Of a stretch of DNA of 64,000 nt, positions 26,940 through 36,826 are shown piece after piece. Position 1 is the first letter of the stretch. Every line of letters begins with the position of its first letter. Both the position numbers and the translations under genes were made by a program. The notes under the pieces were generated by a model. That model worked only from the letters and a program-made list of their open reading frames with translations. It ran no database searches and was not told where the DNA came from. Source of the DNA: an uncultured Candidatus Saccharibacteria bacterium (lineage in GTDB: Bacteria > Patescibacteriota > Minisyncoccia > Phycocordibacterales > UBA1006); assembly GCA_964350165.1 (NCBI GenBank), contig CAYGJA010000003.1, positions 4,233 to 68,232 on the forward strand, written 5' to 3'.

Positions 26940-29816
26940 TTAGGGCCAAAACAAGTAGCCCTTTCTTTGCATGGGAGGAAGCGGGCTACCCCGATCTTCG
27001 AGATCTTCCATATCCAATACGTAGACAAATTTTTTGCCTTTTGGATATCGAAAACTGAAGACAAGGTCTCCATGTTCCGTCCCCTCTAGAGCGCTCAGGC
27101 CCCTCTTATCAAAGACTCCGAATAGACTAACCTTCATCTGCCAAGTAGCTGGCAAATGAATACAGCTTTTCTTCTTGAGAATCTGTTTGGAGATCTTTCG
27201 AACATCTTCTAGATACTCGCCATCTTCGGCGACAGTGTAATCCCAAAAGAGCTCATCTCGAACAGAGCCTAGACCCCAATCCAGGATCTTTAGCTCGCCG
27301 GTGGACACAGAAACAAGGATGTTCCACAGTCTGATATCGCCGTGTGCCACCCCAATTTTCTTCATTTTGTCTTGGAGATCATTGGCAAATTCTATTGCCT
27401 TTTGACCATCCAGTAACCCCTCTTCGACGGCTCGATTGAAAGGAAGATATCCACTCATTCGTTCCATAAAAAGATAGGACTCTCCGGTTGAAAGCCGAAC
27501 CAAACCAAAAGGCTTTGGAGTGGCTATTTTTCCCTCATAGGCCAAGCTTTGGCGTTGATACTCCGCCACGGGCCCTCCTTTGACCAAACGATGGCCAAAT
27601 TTGAACCTTTTGGCCACTACGCCCATATCTTCAAAACCGTACATGACGGAGGAGACTCCCCCGTTGGCGGTGTCGGCCAGTTGATAAGCCGTTCCTCCCG
27701 GCTGAATCTGCTTGAAAAAATCAAGCAAATCTTCCTTATCGTACCCATGATCAAAACCAGAGACATCAACATATGTCTCCACTGGGCCAAATCCAGACAA
27801 AGCAAGTCTGGTTACGGTGTTCCCATGACCACGCAGATAAAACATCTCCATGGTAACTCGGTTGACCAGGAAGCCAGCCTCTTCTACTCCCTCGAGGAAG
27901 AAGAAGACAAATTGGCCCGCCTTCTTGGCTCGGAGCTCATTACCGGCGTCGACACTTAAACCAAACCTGCTAAGGATACTTGCTTTTATAAACGAAGCAG
28001 TAACCTCTGTTTGGCCTTTCTTTCGGGGCAAATCCTCGACGTAGAATGCCTCGGATTTTCCGAAATTAACGGGTAGAAGGAACCGACTTCGCTCCAGGTC
28101 TTTTCCTAGGGCCTGTCTAAGAAGGGCTACGCCCCCGTCGGCAAGGGCCTTTTTTTCTGCTGGAAACGACTGCAGTTTCCACTGCCGGGAAAGTTCCAGC
28201 AGGTTTTGATAAAAAACCTGGTCAATTCCTGCAACATCACCCCTTCTTCTGTCTAACTCATTGACAAGAAGGCGGAGATTATGCCCGCGAACACCCTCTC
28301 CCAACACATGCGACCAAGCATACAGATACCGGGTCGTCTTGCTGTCGAAAGACACGTCCTCATAAAAGAACTCTTGAAACCACATCTCCCAAATGTAGTT
28401 CCCGTTACGAAAACGCCAGTGAAAAGATTCGGCATTCCCTGACTCCAAAATCAACCCAGCCATGTATTGGCTGATCTCGCTTTCTTCCCAGGTCCTGACA
28501 CCTTGAGAAGTGAGACTGACCGAGTAATCAACCTCTATCACTCTGTGGCTGACATACTCTCCAAAGAGACTAATTCGCTCTAACAGTCCTTGATATCGGG
28601 GATCGTAGAGCGAGTAAAGCTCTTCGGCCAGAAAGAGGTTCGCCAGAGCTTTAACCGCTCCCCAAGAAGAAATTCCTGGCTTTTCCGGGTCTGGATCATT
28701 TTGGCGATTCCCTTTGTGTCTAAGTACACGCCGGTAGGCATCCAGGGCCCTTTGGATCGCCTCTCTGTTCTTCTGATTGGTAATTTCTTGCCGCAGAAGC
28801 TCCTCTAGCGCCTGACTGATGTCGGGAAGATCTTCTCCTATTCGCCTAGACACTTCTTCGTCCCCCATGCCACGGAGACGCTCGATGGTAAGGCGAGCTG
28901 CTTCTGTGCCTCCAGACAAGAGGGCTGCATTGCGTGCTGCCCACTCTCCGAAACGGAAAATGTTATGCCATAGAATCTGGGCATCGACTTCGTCGTACAT
29001 TCTCCAGGCAACGTAGGTAACCGGTGCGGCCACCACACAAAAAGCCGCTGTGGTCATAGTAGTTGCTCCAGTCGTCGCCACAATATCCTTAAGGACCATT
29101 TTTCCAGCCTGGAAAGCTAGAATTCTTACAACCACACGCTGTGCTAAAGCTTCTTCTAGCCCGAACTGCAGGTATGTTCCAAGGATAGGCGCATTAGCAA
29201 AAGCCATTGAAGCCGGATAAGGGCTTCTTTTTTGCTCGAACTCCCACTCTGTTGAGTTTATTCTTACATAAACCCCCCTTGATCCTTCTTGGCCAAAATC
29301 TCTTGGCCGAAAAGGCTCTCCCGAAAGAGTAAAGACTAGACGATTTTGTCCGTCAATGACCGGCCGAGGTGATTCTCCGGAGAACTCCTCCATAATGAGC
29401 TCTGGGAAATAAAAAGTCGCCCCAGCGGAGGAATTTTCGTTTTTCGTTCTGATGAACGAAAAACTCGTGTCTGGCCCAGTATTCTGAGCAAAAACTATCC
29501 CACCCATCTGCATTACCCAAGTAGGGTGTAGTTCAGACAAGGGCACCCCAACTAAGGTGGTGTCACCCCCCTCCTTCTCTTTCATTTGACCCACAATCCA
29601 GTCTCCTGGAAAGAGCTGGATTTGTTTGTCTTCTTCCAGAAAGGTCATACGGCCTGAGTCATGCGCGAACGCATAACCGCCAACCAAAAAAAGTCCTACG
29701 AGCAGAATCCCTCCTGCGAGGACAAAAGAGAATTTGTTCTTATGTAACATTACGTTAACTGGTCCCGATTTTTCCCTCGTGACTAAGGGTTTTGTTTTTA
29801 AAAGAAAAACCGACAA
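26940..29816 (-). CDS. Large membrane-anchored secreted protein B with a C-terminal protein-kinase-like (Kdo/WaaP/APH-like) domain
   Basis: TM anchor FSFVLAGGILLVGLFLVGGYAFA (likely real start Met at 29750); C-terminal ...AEYQRQSLAYEGKIATPKPFGLV...KKIGVAHGDIRLWNILVSVSTGELKILDWGLGSV has the H.D...N.lv...iDxG catalytic/Mg-binding arrangement. Confidence 0.45.
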   Translation of the reverse strand: MSVFLLKTKPLVTREKSGPVNVMLHKNKFSFVLAGGILLVGLFLVGGYAFAHDSGRMTFLEEDKQIQLFPGDWIVGQMKEKEGGDTTLVGVPLSELHPTWVMQMGGIVFAQNTGPDTSFSFIRTKNENSSAGATFYFPELIMEEFSGESPRPVIDGQNRLVFTLSGEPFRPRDFGQEGSRGVYVRINSTEWEFEQKRSPYPASMAFANAPILGTYLQFGLEEALAQRVVVRILAFQAGKMVLKDIVATTGATTMTTAAFCVVAAPVTYVAWRMYDEVDAQILWHNIFRFGEWAARNAALLSGGTEAARLTIERLRGMGDEEVSRRIGEDLPDISQALEELLRQEITNQKNREAIQRALDAYRRVLRHKGNRQNDPDPEKPGISSWGAVKALANLFLAEELYSLYDPRYQGLLERISLFGEYVSHRVIEVDYSVSLTSQGVRTWEESEISQYMAGLILESGNAESFHWRFRNGNYIWEMWFQEFFYEDVSFDSKTTRYLYAWSHVLGEGVRGHNLRLLVNELDRRRGDVAGIDQVFYQNLLELSRQWKLQSFPAEKKALADGGVALLRQALGKDLERSRFLLPVNFGKSEAFYVEDLPRKKGQTEVTASFIKASILSRFGLSVDAGNELRAKKAGQFVFFFLEGVEEAGFLVNRVTMEMFYLRGHGNTVTRLALSGFGPVETYVDVSGFDHGYDKEDLLDFFKQIQPGGTAYQLADTANGGVSSVMYGFEDMGVVAKRFKFGHRLVKGGPVAEYQRQSLAYEGKIATPKPFGLVRLSTGESYLFMERMSGYLPFNRAVEEGLLDGQKAIEFANDLQDKMKKIGVAHGDIRLWNILVSVSTGELKILDWGLGSVRDELFWDYTVAEDGEYLEDVRKISKQILKKKSCIHLPATWQMKVSLFGVFDKRGLSALEGTEHGDLVFSFRYPKGKKFVYVLDMEDLEDRGSPLPPMQRKGYLFWP

Positions 29817-29950
29817 CAGTCGGCATGTTTAAAAAATAAAACCTTATTTAGGTCTGTATGTCAAATATCCCTAAACAAAAACCCGCTCATAATAAAAAAT
29901 ACCAAAAAAGCCATGCACGATGAGCGCACGGCTTTTTAAAACTCAGCCCA

Positions 29951-31861
29951 TCACTTATTTTTTGGTGGTTCGTGGTGGTAGCCGTAGACAGCTACCGAGA
30001 TGGTGCTGCTCTCTATAGCTACGTGAAACCCACTCGACCAATTGGGTTTCCCATAAACAGGAACCGCATCTAGGTACCGATTGGACAACACAATCCAGGA
30101 CTTCTTCACTTCATCCCAGAAAGGCTCCGAAGACCATTGCCCTCCTTCTTCTAACTGCCGTACTCCAACCTTGTCCACATACCGCTTCTTGTCTGAGTGG
30201 TCTATCCACAGGAGCTGTGGTTGATTGAAAGAATTTCGCATCATTCGCTGATACCTTATCAGCTGAGCCATCGACTCGCTGGCAATCGGGCTTGGAAACG
30301 ATACCACCCTGCCTAGATCAACCATCCACACCTTTCCTTGATAGTCCACCATAAAATTGTACGGATGACCGTCTCCGTTCCCATATCCGGCCTCGTGAAG
30401 GTTGTGGAAAATAACCATGGTTTGGCTCAAGAGGCCAGCCCTGGTGATTTGCCCACCCCACTCCTTTTCAATGTCGACATCTGACCAGGACAAGACATCT
30501 CCTAGGCGGTATCCCTGAATTCTGTCAAAAAGAATTCCTTCTCCATACTTAGAAGCAACATATCCAATGGCCCGCGGGGTAGGTATCCCTTTTCTTGCCA
30601 AAAGGTTGGCCAAATGCCCCTCGACATAGGGACGATTTCCGTCCGGGTCTGTGATGAGGACGACCTTGAGAATATAATTTTTCCTCGGGTCCTCTTTGTA
30701 GCCTTGGGCGTACCCAACAACCCTACTATAAAAGCCAGCACCTATCTGTGCGCCATCTTTTGCATAAAGCGCTAGGTACTCTTCAAGGAGTAAATGTCTC
30801 TCTTCCATGGATATTTCTCCTGGATAACCAATGTACTGGCGAAAGACCACTTTTCGATCTCCCGAAGATTCTGCCCCCACTGTGGTGGCGGCTACATCCA
30901 TATCCATGCACTCCCTGACACAATCAGGAGTTCCTGGGATGACATATTCTCCTCCCGTAACCAGAAGAGAATCTTGTGTAATCCACCAAGAACTCTTGGC
31001 TTGCAAATGCTGGCAATCCCAGCATTTTTTGTGCTGTTCCAGCACTCTTGCCACATCTGCGTCCAGCTCGTCCTGGACCAAGTCATCCAGCCACTCATAC
31101 GCGCTGTACGCATTGAGCAGATCCTTTAGCCAAGCTGGTAAAAAAGGGCCTTGTGGTGGCTCTGGCGCGAAGCTGGGCGATGATGGCTCCGGTAATGCAA
31201 TCGGCGGGGCTGGTGTCAAGGGCACAGTAATTCTTCCAGGAAAACTTGGCCCATTTCGAAAAGAAACGCGATCTTCCACCACCCCCCTCACATACTCTCG
31301 CAAACCCAAACCCATCACGGTGAGGGTAAAAGCTCCGGCGGCTGCGAGGGCAGGTCTAGAGTCCCGCATAATCAGGGTGGTGGCCAAAGCCTCTTCTGTG
31401 GCCATCTTTCCAACGCCATCCATAAAATCAGTTGGAGTTAGAGGAAGAGCCTCGGCCACTTCCCAAACGGTAGTGTCTTGCAAGAACTGCAGGTCCACCA
31501 TAACCACTGGCTGGTGGTTTTTGGGTGGATTCGTGGCCGTCTTGTACAGACAAACCCATTGTGGTTCGCCTGCTTCATTGATCCCGCTCATCCAGAGCGT
31601 ATCAATGGTTACGGGCCCCACCGACCTGGTGGTACCCCCCAGAATATGGTCCAAGTGGGCTGTCACCCCACTTTGGGCAATTTGCCGAGTGGTCTGGGCC
31701 GAAGCCGCTAGAGGGACATAGACCCTGCTGGCAGCCCCGGGACACTTTGCACACCTGTTTCCCGCGGTCCCAAAGGGGACCTGGGCTAGGGTGGTCGTAG
31801 ATAGAAAGAAAAGCAAGGTGGCCACGAGGGTGGCCGGGCGGAGGGAATATTTTTTTTTCAT
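29951..31861 (-). CDS. Secreted multi-domain protein C: same N-terminal domain as protein A, followed by a protein-kinase-like (Kdo/WaaP lipopolysaccharide-kinase-like) domain
   Basis: MKKKYSLRPATLVATLLFFLSTTTLAQVPFG... (shared domain); C-terminal ...PYVEGHLANLLARKGIPTPRAIGYVASKYGEGILFDRIQGYRLGDVL...IFHNLHEAGYGNGDGHPYNFMVDYQGKVWMVDLGRV matches the Kdo/WaaP family (GvptP.pva...llte.i.g..l ... H..G..HgD.h..N.lv....iDfg). Confidence 0.5.
   Translation of the reverse strand: MKKKYSLRPATLVATLLFFLSTTTLAQVPFGTAGNRCAKCPGAASRVYVPLAASAQTTRQIAQSGVTAHLDHILGGTTRSVGPVTIDTLWMSGINEAGEPQWVCLYKTATNPPKNHQPVVMVDLQFLQDTTVWEVAEALPLTPTDFMDGVGKMATEEALATTLIMRDSRPALAAAGAFTLTVMGLGLREYVRGVVEDRVSFRNGPSFPGRITVPLTPAPPIALPEPSSPSFAPEPPQGPFLPAWLKDLLNAYSAYEWLDDLVQDELDADVARVLEQHKKCWDCQHLQAKSSWWITQDSLLVTGGEYVIPGTPDCVRECMDMDVAATTVGAESSGDRKVVFRQYIGYPGEISMEERHLLLEEYLALYAKDGAQIGAGFYSRVVGYAQGYKEDPRKNYILKVVLITDPDGNRPYVEGHLANLLARKGIPTPRAIGYVASKYGEGILFDRIQGYRLGDVLSWSDVDIEKEWGGQITRAGLLSQTMVIFHNLHEAGYGNGDGHPYNFMVDYQGKVWMVDLGRVVSFPSPIASESMAQLIRYQRMMRNSFNQPQLLWIDHSDKKRYVDKVGVRQLEEGGQWSSEPFWDEVKKSWIVLSNRYLDAVPVYGKPNWSSGFHVAIESSTISVAVYGYHHEPPKNK
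31274..31852. repeat. Copy 2 of the ~580-bp near-identical direct repeat (partner 26197-26775)
   Basis: Identical antisense six-frame ORFs. The conserved 5'UTR motif atatcggaattttacccttccgatggggttttt is present at ~26801-26840 and ~31870-31905. Confidence 0.85.
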
Positions 31862-31976
31862 AATCCAAACATATCGGAATTTTACCCTTCCGATGGGGTT
31901 TTTTGTGGAAATTTAAAATGAAAATAAGCCCAAAAGGCTTATTTGTCAAAATTTGTATTTTGTTTTGTAATTTTAT

Positions 31977-32468
31977 CTAGCCTTGCTCGAGCACTTTGAT
32001 CATGGCGCGGTAGGTGTTGGGTCCGGTTTGGCCATCGGCAGTGAGGCCTTCGGCTTTTTGGAAATCACGAATCCGAGCCGCAGTACCAGGACCATAGGCA
32101 TTGTCTACCTTGTCACTACGATCAAGGTATTCGTTGAGGAATCTCTGGACTGTGCCCACCCGGGTACCGGTGCTGCCTTCGCGCATGATCACCTTGTCGG
32201 TGGCTAGTTTTTCTAGTTCGCCAATCAGGGTCTTGACCGCAGCCGAAAGCTCGGTGGCTGGTTCGGTGATTGTTGGTTCTGATTCGGTGACTTCGGGTTC
32301 GGTAGTGACGACCTCGACTGGTTCTGGCTCAGGTTCTGGGAGCTGTTCACCCTGCTCTAACACCACGTACTCGGTACCTCGCTCGAGCTGCTGCAGACCA
32401 AACCAGCCCAGGGTGGCCAGAGCGGCTACAAAGAGAACTACTAGAAAATTTATAGAAAATGAATTCAT
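31977..32468 (-). CDS. Membrane-anchored peptidoglycan-binding (PG_binding_1) domain protein
   Basis: Start MNSFSINFLVVLFVAALATLGWFGLQ (the track ORF extends upstream through a terminator hairpin); EPEPEPVEVVTTEPEVTESEPTITEP linker; C-terminal ...GSTGTRVGTVQRFLNEYL...NAYGPGTAARIRDFQKAEGLTADGQTGPNTYRAM matches G..V..LQ..L...DG.fG..T..AV..FQ...GL..DG..G..T. Confidence 0.65.
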   Translation of the reverse strand: MNSFSINFLVVLFVAALATLGWFGLQQLERGTEYVVLEQGEQLPEPEPEPVEVVTTEPEVTESEPTITEPATELSAAVKTLIGELEKLATDKVIMREGSTGTRVGTVQRFLNEYLDRSDKVDNAYGPGTAARIRDFQKAEGLTADGQTGPNTYRAMIKVLEQG

Positions 32469-32526
32469 GAGACTAGTATACCAGCCAAAGGTAAAACTGT
32501 TCAACTGCAAAATTGGGTAAAGAAAA

Positions 32527-32550
32527 AACCGAGCCCCCTTGGGTAGACTC
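32527..32550. terminator. Hairpin terminator downstream of the LysM-like gene (minus strand)
   Basis: aaaaaaCCGAGCCCCCttgggtagaCTCGGcttt. Confidence 0.5.
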
Positions 32551-32574
32551 GGCTTTAGAAAATATAATTTATGG

Positions 32575-33387
32575 CTAATCTTGCCACCAGCCATACTTTT
32601 GGAAACGATACTTGGTTCGAGAGCTGTAATACATAAGAGTCTCTCTATCAAGATAAATAGTGATTATTTGCCTAGTGGTCATGTCCGTGAACTCAAACTC
32701 ATTTCTGTTGTTCACATAAACTTGCGGAGAAGCGAGCAGGCTCTTTTCCGCAAAACTACCGTACTTAACCAGAACCCATCTCTGCAAAGACCACAACGTC
32801 ATAGACCTGTTAATTGGTATCTTGATGACACCAGGTGCAGGACTATAAACCCCAAGAGGTGGCACGAATAAATGCTGACCCTCCTTAATGGACCCATCAC
32901 TCGGAAGCCCGTTCTCGAATACAATGGCGGAATCACAGACGGTCTCCCAACCATTAGGGCAACCGTATTGCCCGCGAATACTTGTGAGTGTCTCGCCCTT
33001 TTGGACCTCATGCCATCGACCTTGCTCCCAGGCCCAATAGTGGTCCACCTGGAGGACTCGTAATGATGCCACTGGCCGTAGTTCTTGTGTCTGAAAAACA
33101 GAAAGACTACTGACTGGCTCAATTGGTGGACGACTGAGATCAATGCTAGTACTAAGACAATTTTCCGGCGCTGCATACGACTCGCCCAGAATCGGGTTGG
33201 GCCATTTTTGCCTCAGGCACTGAGCAGCCGCAGATATTTGTGCTTCAGATAAATGTGGCTGAGCATTTCTTATGGCATCCTCCCACAAGGTCGACGAAGG
33301 ATACTGAGAAATCCGCACTACGATAGACTGCGCCTGAGTAATCAGGCTAATAAACAAGAACAAACTTAGAGAAAGAATACGTGCCAT
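32575..33387 (-). CDS. Secreted LysM-like domain protein
   Basis: Signal peptide MARILSLSLFLFISLITQAQS; ...HEVQKGETLTSIRGQYGCPNGWETVCDSAIVFENGLPSDGSIKEGQHLFVP resembles LysM (V.kGDTL..IA..y......l...N.l.....i..GQ.L.iP). Confidence 0.5.
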   Translation of the reverse strand: MARILSLSLFLFISLITQAQSIVVRISQYPSSTLWEDAIRNAQPHLSEAQISAAAQCLRQKWPNPILGESYAAPENCLSTSIDLSRPPIEPVSSLSVFQTQELRPVASLRVLQVDHYWAWEQGRWHEVQKGETLTSIRGQYGCPNGWETVCDSAIVFENGLPSDGSIKEGQHLFVPPLGVYSPAPGVIKIPINRSMTLWSLQRWVLVKYGSFAEKSLLASPQVYVNNRNEFEFTDMTTRQIITIYLDRETLMYYSSRTKYRFQKYGWWQD

Positions 33388-33477
33388 GATATTTTTTATT
33401 GTAAAAACAAAAGCCCCAGAGTGGGACCTTTGTCTTTGGTTGATTTGCAGCATTAAACTACAAATTTCAAATCTTGG

Positions 33478-33894
33478 CTATTTTTTAAGCAAGTCGCGGA
33501 TCTCGACCAGCAGGTCGGTTTCGGATAGGCCAGCTGGAGCTTTCTCGGCTGGTTCTTCTTTTTTGAGCTTGTTAATCATTTTTATCACCACAAACAAAGC
33601 AAAAGCCACAATCAGGAAAGCAATGACTGCATTGATAAAGGCACCGTAGCCGAGTACCGCTGCCCCAGCCTCGCGAGCTGCATCAATCGAGGTAAAAGCC
33701 TCCCCGGTTGGGTTGCGCAATATCACGAACAAGTTGCCAAAGTCTGGCGCCTTGAAAATACCAGACACAATCGGCATCAGGATATCATTGACCAACGACG
33801 TGACCACGGTACCAAAAGCCGCACCAATAATAATACCGACCGCCATATCAATCATATTGCCCTTAATGGCAAAATCTTTGAACTCTTTAAGCAT
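33478..33894 (-). CDS. mscL: Large-conductance mechanosensitive channel
   Basis: MLKEFKDFAIKGNMIDMAVGIIIGAAFGTVVTSLVNDILMPIV... is the canonical MscL N-terminus; ~139 aa from Met at 33894. Confidence 0.85.
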   Translation of the reverse strand: MLKEFKDFAIKGNMIDMAVGIIIGAAFGTVVTSLVNDILMPIVSGIFKAPDFGNLFVILRNPTGEAFTSIDAAREAGAAVLGYGAFINAVIAFLIVAFALFVVIKMINKLKKEEPAEKAPAGLSETDLLVEIRDLLKK

Positions 33895-34001
33895 AGAAAA
33901 ATAAAAGTTAATTACAGACAAGTTAAGTATAGATTTTTGACCCAAAAAGAAAAGCATTCGACCGTTTAGTACAAATGCTTTTTTATTTAAAACATGCCAA
34001 G

Positions 34002-34586
34002 TCAGCGCATCATCCTGGCATGTTTTCTATTGAGGCGCCGGCAGGTAGTATCCGGCCAGATCAGCTTGAGCCGAGCACGAAATGAGCGAGACGGCCAGAG
34101 TGCGGGGAAGGTGTATTTTTCCCATCTGTGTCCTTTCTCTTCTTCGAGCCAAAGAGATCTGGACCACTCGCTCATTGGCAGCGAAATCTGCCAATCCCTG
34201 AAGCATCCACCCCTAATATGGATCGTGATGATTGTTTTTCCATAAGTGGCATGAGAAAAAACCATCACTATCTGGGCGCTGTTCCCGTTCAGCTGAGAAG
34301 TTTCTTGGACCTCCCAAAACCGAGCAGACTTGGAGCGGGTACCCCAAACCTGGGTTTCCTCATCAGGAATGGCAAACTTGCCCCAGCGGCTAGTCCTCAT
34401 CCGAACTCTCCCGCCATGAGCCTGGTACAAACGCAAATCCAGATCTAGCTTGTCCCCCGCATCCAGAAAATAATGGTGTCGGCCGGACTCGTCCAGGGAC
34501 ACCTGGTCTCGAATGGTTTTCCCCCAGCACATCGCCGGCAAGAAAACCAAAACCACTAATAAGGTTAATAAGGTTTTCGTTTTCAT
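34002..34586 (-). CDS. Hypothetical secreted protein
   Basis: Signal peptide MKTKTLLTLLVVLVFLPAMCWG; no motif recognised. Confidence 0.35.
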   Translation of the reverse strand: MKTKTLLTLLVVLVFLPAMCWGKTIRDQVSLDESGRHHYFLDAGDKLDLDLRLYQAHGGRVRMRTSRWGKFAIPDEETQVWGTRSKSARFWEVQETSQLNGNSAQIVMVFSHATYGKTIITIHIRGGCFRDWQISLPMSEWSRSLWLEEEKGHRWEKYTFPALWPSRSFRARLKLIWPDTTCRRLNRKHARMMR

Positions 34587-34687
34587 AGGCAATGATATTT
34601 TCGTGACTATACCTTCTTTTTTAAAATAACCAAACAAAAACCCGCCATGATGGCGAGTTTTTGTGGGTATAAATTAGGAGTTTTGGA

Positions 34688-36367
34688 TTACATCATACCT
34701 CCCATACCGCCCATGCCCGGCATGCCGCCCCCCATGGTTGGACCGTTGTCCTTGCCTGGTTCGTCGGCAATAGCCACTTCGGTCGTGAGGAAAATAGCCG
34801 CTGCACTAGCTGCGTTCTGCAGAGCATTGCGGGTTACTTTGACGGGGTCAATAATTCCGGCTTTGATCATGTCTTCGACATACTCGCCCTTCCGAGCGTC
34901 ATATCCAAGACCAGCATGGGTATGCTTGTCACCCTTGGCATCAACGTAATAACCACTCGCTACATTCTGCACAATTACTTTGGCTTCGTCTTCTTGGCCC
35001 GCATTGATCAGAATCTGCTCCATCGGCATCAACAGTGATTTAGCCACCAACTGATAACCAGCTTTCATTTCGTCCTTTGCTTTTTCTACTTTTGCACCCA
35101 AAGCTTTGGCTGTTTTGGCTAGAGCCGAACCTCCTCCAGGAACAATTCCCTCTTCAATAGCTGCTTTGGTTGCCTGGACCGCATCCTCAATCTTGTGCTT
35201 GAGGTACTTCATCTCGGTTTCGGTTGCTGCTCCGACGCGAATCACCGCCACGCCACCAGACAGTTTGGCGATACGTTCTTGGAGCTTTTCGCTGTCGTAT
35301 TTCGAAGTTGTATTTTCCAGTTGGGTCTTGAGCTGGGCCACCCGAGCCGCGATAGCTTTTTTGTCGCCCTTGCCGCCCACGATAATAGTCTCGTCTTTTT
35401 TGGACCGAACGACATCAGCGCGACCAATTACCTCGAGGCCAGCTTCTTCGAGCTTCATGCCTTTTTCTTCCGAGATAACCGTTGCTCCTACGGTAACGGC
35501 GATATCTTCGAGCATTTCTTTGCGCTTGTCTCCAAAACCAGGAGCCTTGATGGCCAGCACATTGATAGCGCCACGGATTTTGTTCACCACAAAAGTAGCC
35601 AAAGCTTCCCCGTCTACGTCTTCGGCAATCAACACAATGTCTTTCTTGCCAGACTGAGCGATTTGCTCAATCAAGGGAATAATTTCTTTTACGGTCGAAA
35701 CTTTCTTGTCTACGAGAATAATGGCTGGGTCTTTGAAATCAGCCTCCATACGTTCGGTATTCGTCACCATATATGGAGAAATATAACCACGATCAAAGGC
35801 CATTCCTTCGACCACATCCGAACTAATTCCCATGGTCTGACCTTCTTCAACGGTCACCACACCGTCATTACCAACCTTGTCGATGGTATCAGCAATGATG
35901 GCTCCAATTTCGTCTGATTCCGCAGAAATAGCTGCAACGTGTTTGATCTCATCGCCTTTTACTGGTTGGGCCATTTTCTTCAGAATATCAACCGCATCCT
36001 CGGCAGCTTTTTCGATACCGATTTTCATCAGGGTTCCGTTCACGCCCATGGCGGTCTTCTTTAGTCCTTCGGTAATCATGGCATGGGCCAAAGTAGTGGC
36101 TGTAGTAGTCCCATCACCCGCGGCTTCGTTTGTTTTTTCGGCAGCTTCGCGAATAATCTGAGCTCCCATGTTTTCGAATTTGTCAGACAGTTCGATGTCT
36201 TTGGCAATCGAGACTCCATCATTGGTAATGGTTGGTCCACCAAAACCGTCCAGTGCCACGTTGCGACCTCGCGGCCCAAGGGTAACTTTTACGGCCTCGG
36301 CCACAATGTCGATTCCTTTTTTAAGTGCCTCGCGGGCCTCGTTGTGCAGTAGTACTTTCTTTCCCAT
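34688..36367 (-). CDS. groL: Chaperonin GroEL (60 kDa)
   Basis: [39 protein letters not shown]...; ...[14 protein letters not shown]...; C-terminal [13 protein letters not shown] repeat. Confidence 0.95.
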   Translation of the reverse strand: MGKKVLLHNEAREALKKGIDIVAEAVKVTLGPRGRNVALDGFGGPTITNDGVSIAKDIELSDKFENMGAQIIREAAEKTNEAAGDGTTTATTLAHAMITEGLKKTAMGVNGTLMKIGIEKAAEDAVDILKKMAQPVKGDEIKHVAAISAESDEIGAIIADTIDKVGNDGVVTVEEGQTMGISSDVVEGMAFDRGYISPYMVTNTERMEADFKDPAIILVDKKVSTVKEIIPLIEQIAQSGKKDIVLIAEDVDGEALATFVVNKIRGAINVLAIKAPGFGDKRKEMLEDIAVTVGATVISEEKGMKLEEAGLEVIGRADVVRSKKDETIIVGGKGDKKAIAARVAQLKTQLENTTSKYDSEKLQERIAKLSGGVAVIRVGAATETEMKYLKHKIEDAVQATKAAIEEGIVPGGGSALAKTAKALGAKVEKAKDEMKAGYQLVAKSLLMPMEQILINAGQEDEAKVIVQNVASGYYVDAKGDKHTHAGLGYDARKGEYVEDMIKAGIIDPVKVTRNALQNAASAAAIFLTTEVAIADEPGKDNGPTMGGGMPGMGGMGGMM

Positions 36368-36375
36368 ATATCTAT

Positions 36376-36690
36376 TTATTTAATTACAGCTAATAAATTT
36401 TCTTCGCGAACGACCAAATATTTTTCTCCATCAATCTCAATTTCATCAGGAGAATATTTACTAAAAACAACCGTGTCTCCAACCTTGACAGACATAGACA
36501 CTCGCTTGCCCGCTTCGTCCAATTTGCCAGGACCAACCGCAATCACTTCACCTTGTTCTGGTTTTTCTTGCGTGGCCGTATCCGGAATATAAATACCAGA
36601 AGCAGTCTTCTCTTCCATGACAGCCGGTTTTACGACCACTCGATCTCCTAAGGGTTCTAGTTTTTTCATATATACAAGCAAATGGTTCAC
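36376..36690 (-). CDS. groS: Co-chaperonin GroES (10 kDa)
   Basis: [32 protein letters not shown]...[18 protein letters not shown]...[10 protein letters not shown]; immediately upstream of groEL. Confidence 0.92.
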   Translation of the reverse strand: MNHLLVYMKKLEPLGDRVVVKPAVMEEKTASGIYIPDTATQEKPEQGEVIAVGPGKLDEAGKRVSMSVKVGDTVVFSKYSPDEIEIDGEKYLVVREENLLAVIK

Positions 36691-36826
36691 AATTAAAATG
36701 AACCATGATTATTACTGATAAGTAACTACATTTTATTTTTAGTTATCATCTTTGTCAAACTTTTCGCTGTCGTGAAAAATATGTAGAACAAAGTACGCTT
36801 ACCCAAAAAAGAAACTTGCTTTTTTA

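Noticed and set aside
25231-31925. Transposase/IS element explanation for the 580-bp duplication
   Set aside because: The repeat encodes the N-terminal domain and 5'UTR of two bona fide genes. No inverted terminal repeats, target-site duplications or transposase-like ORFs are associated.
34688-36367. Multiple ORFs antisense to groEL (35106-35657 +, 35195-35917 +, 35877-36161 +, 36083-36352 +, 36168-36383 +)
   Set aside because: They are entirely contained within the high-confidence groEL CDS on the opposite strand. Antisense open frames of this kind are common in GC-skewed coding regions.
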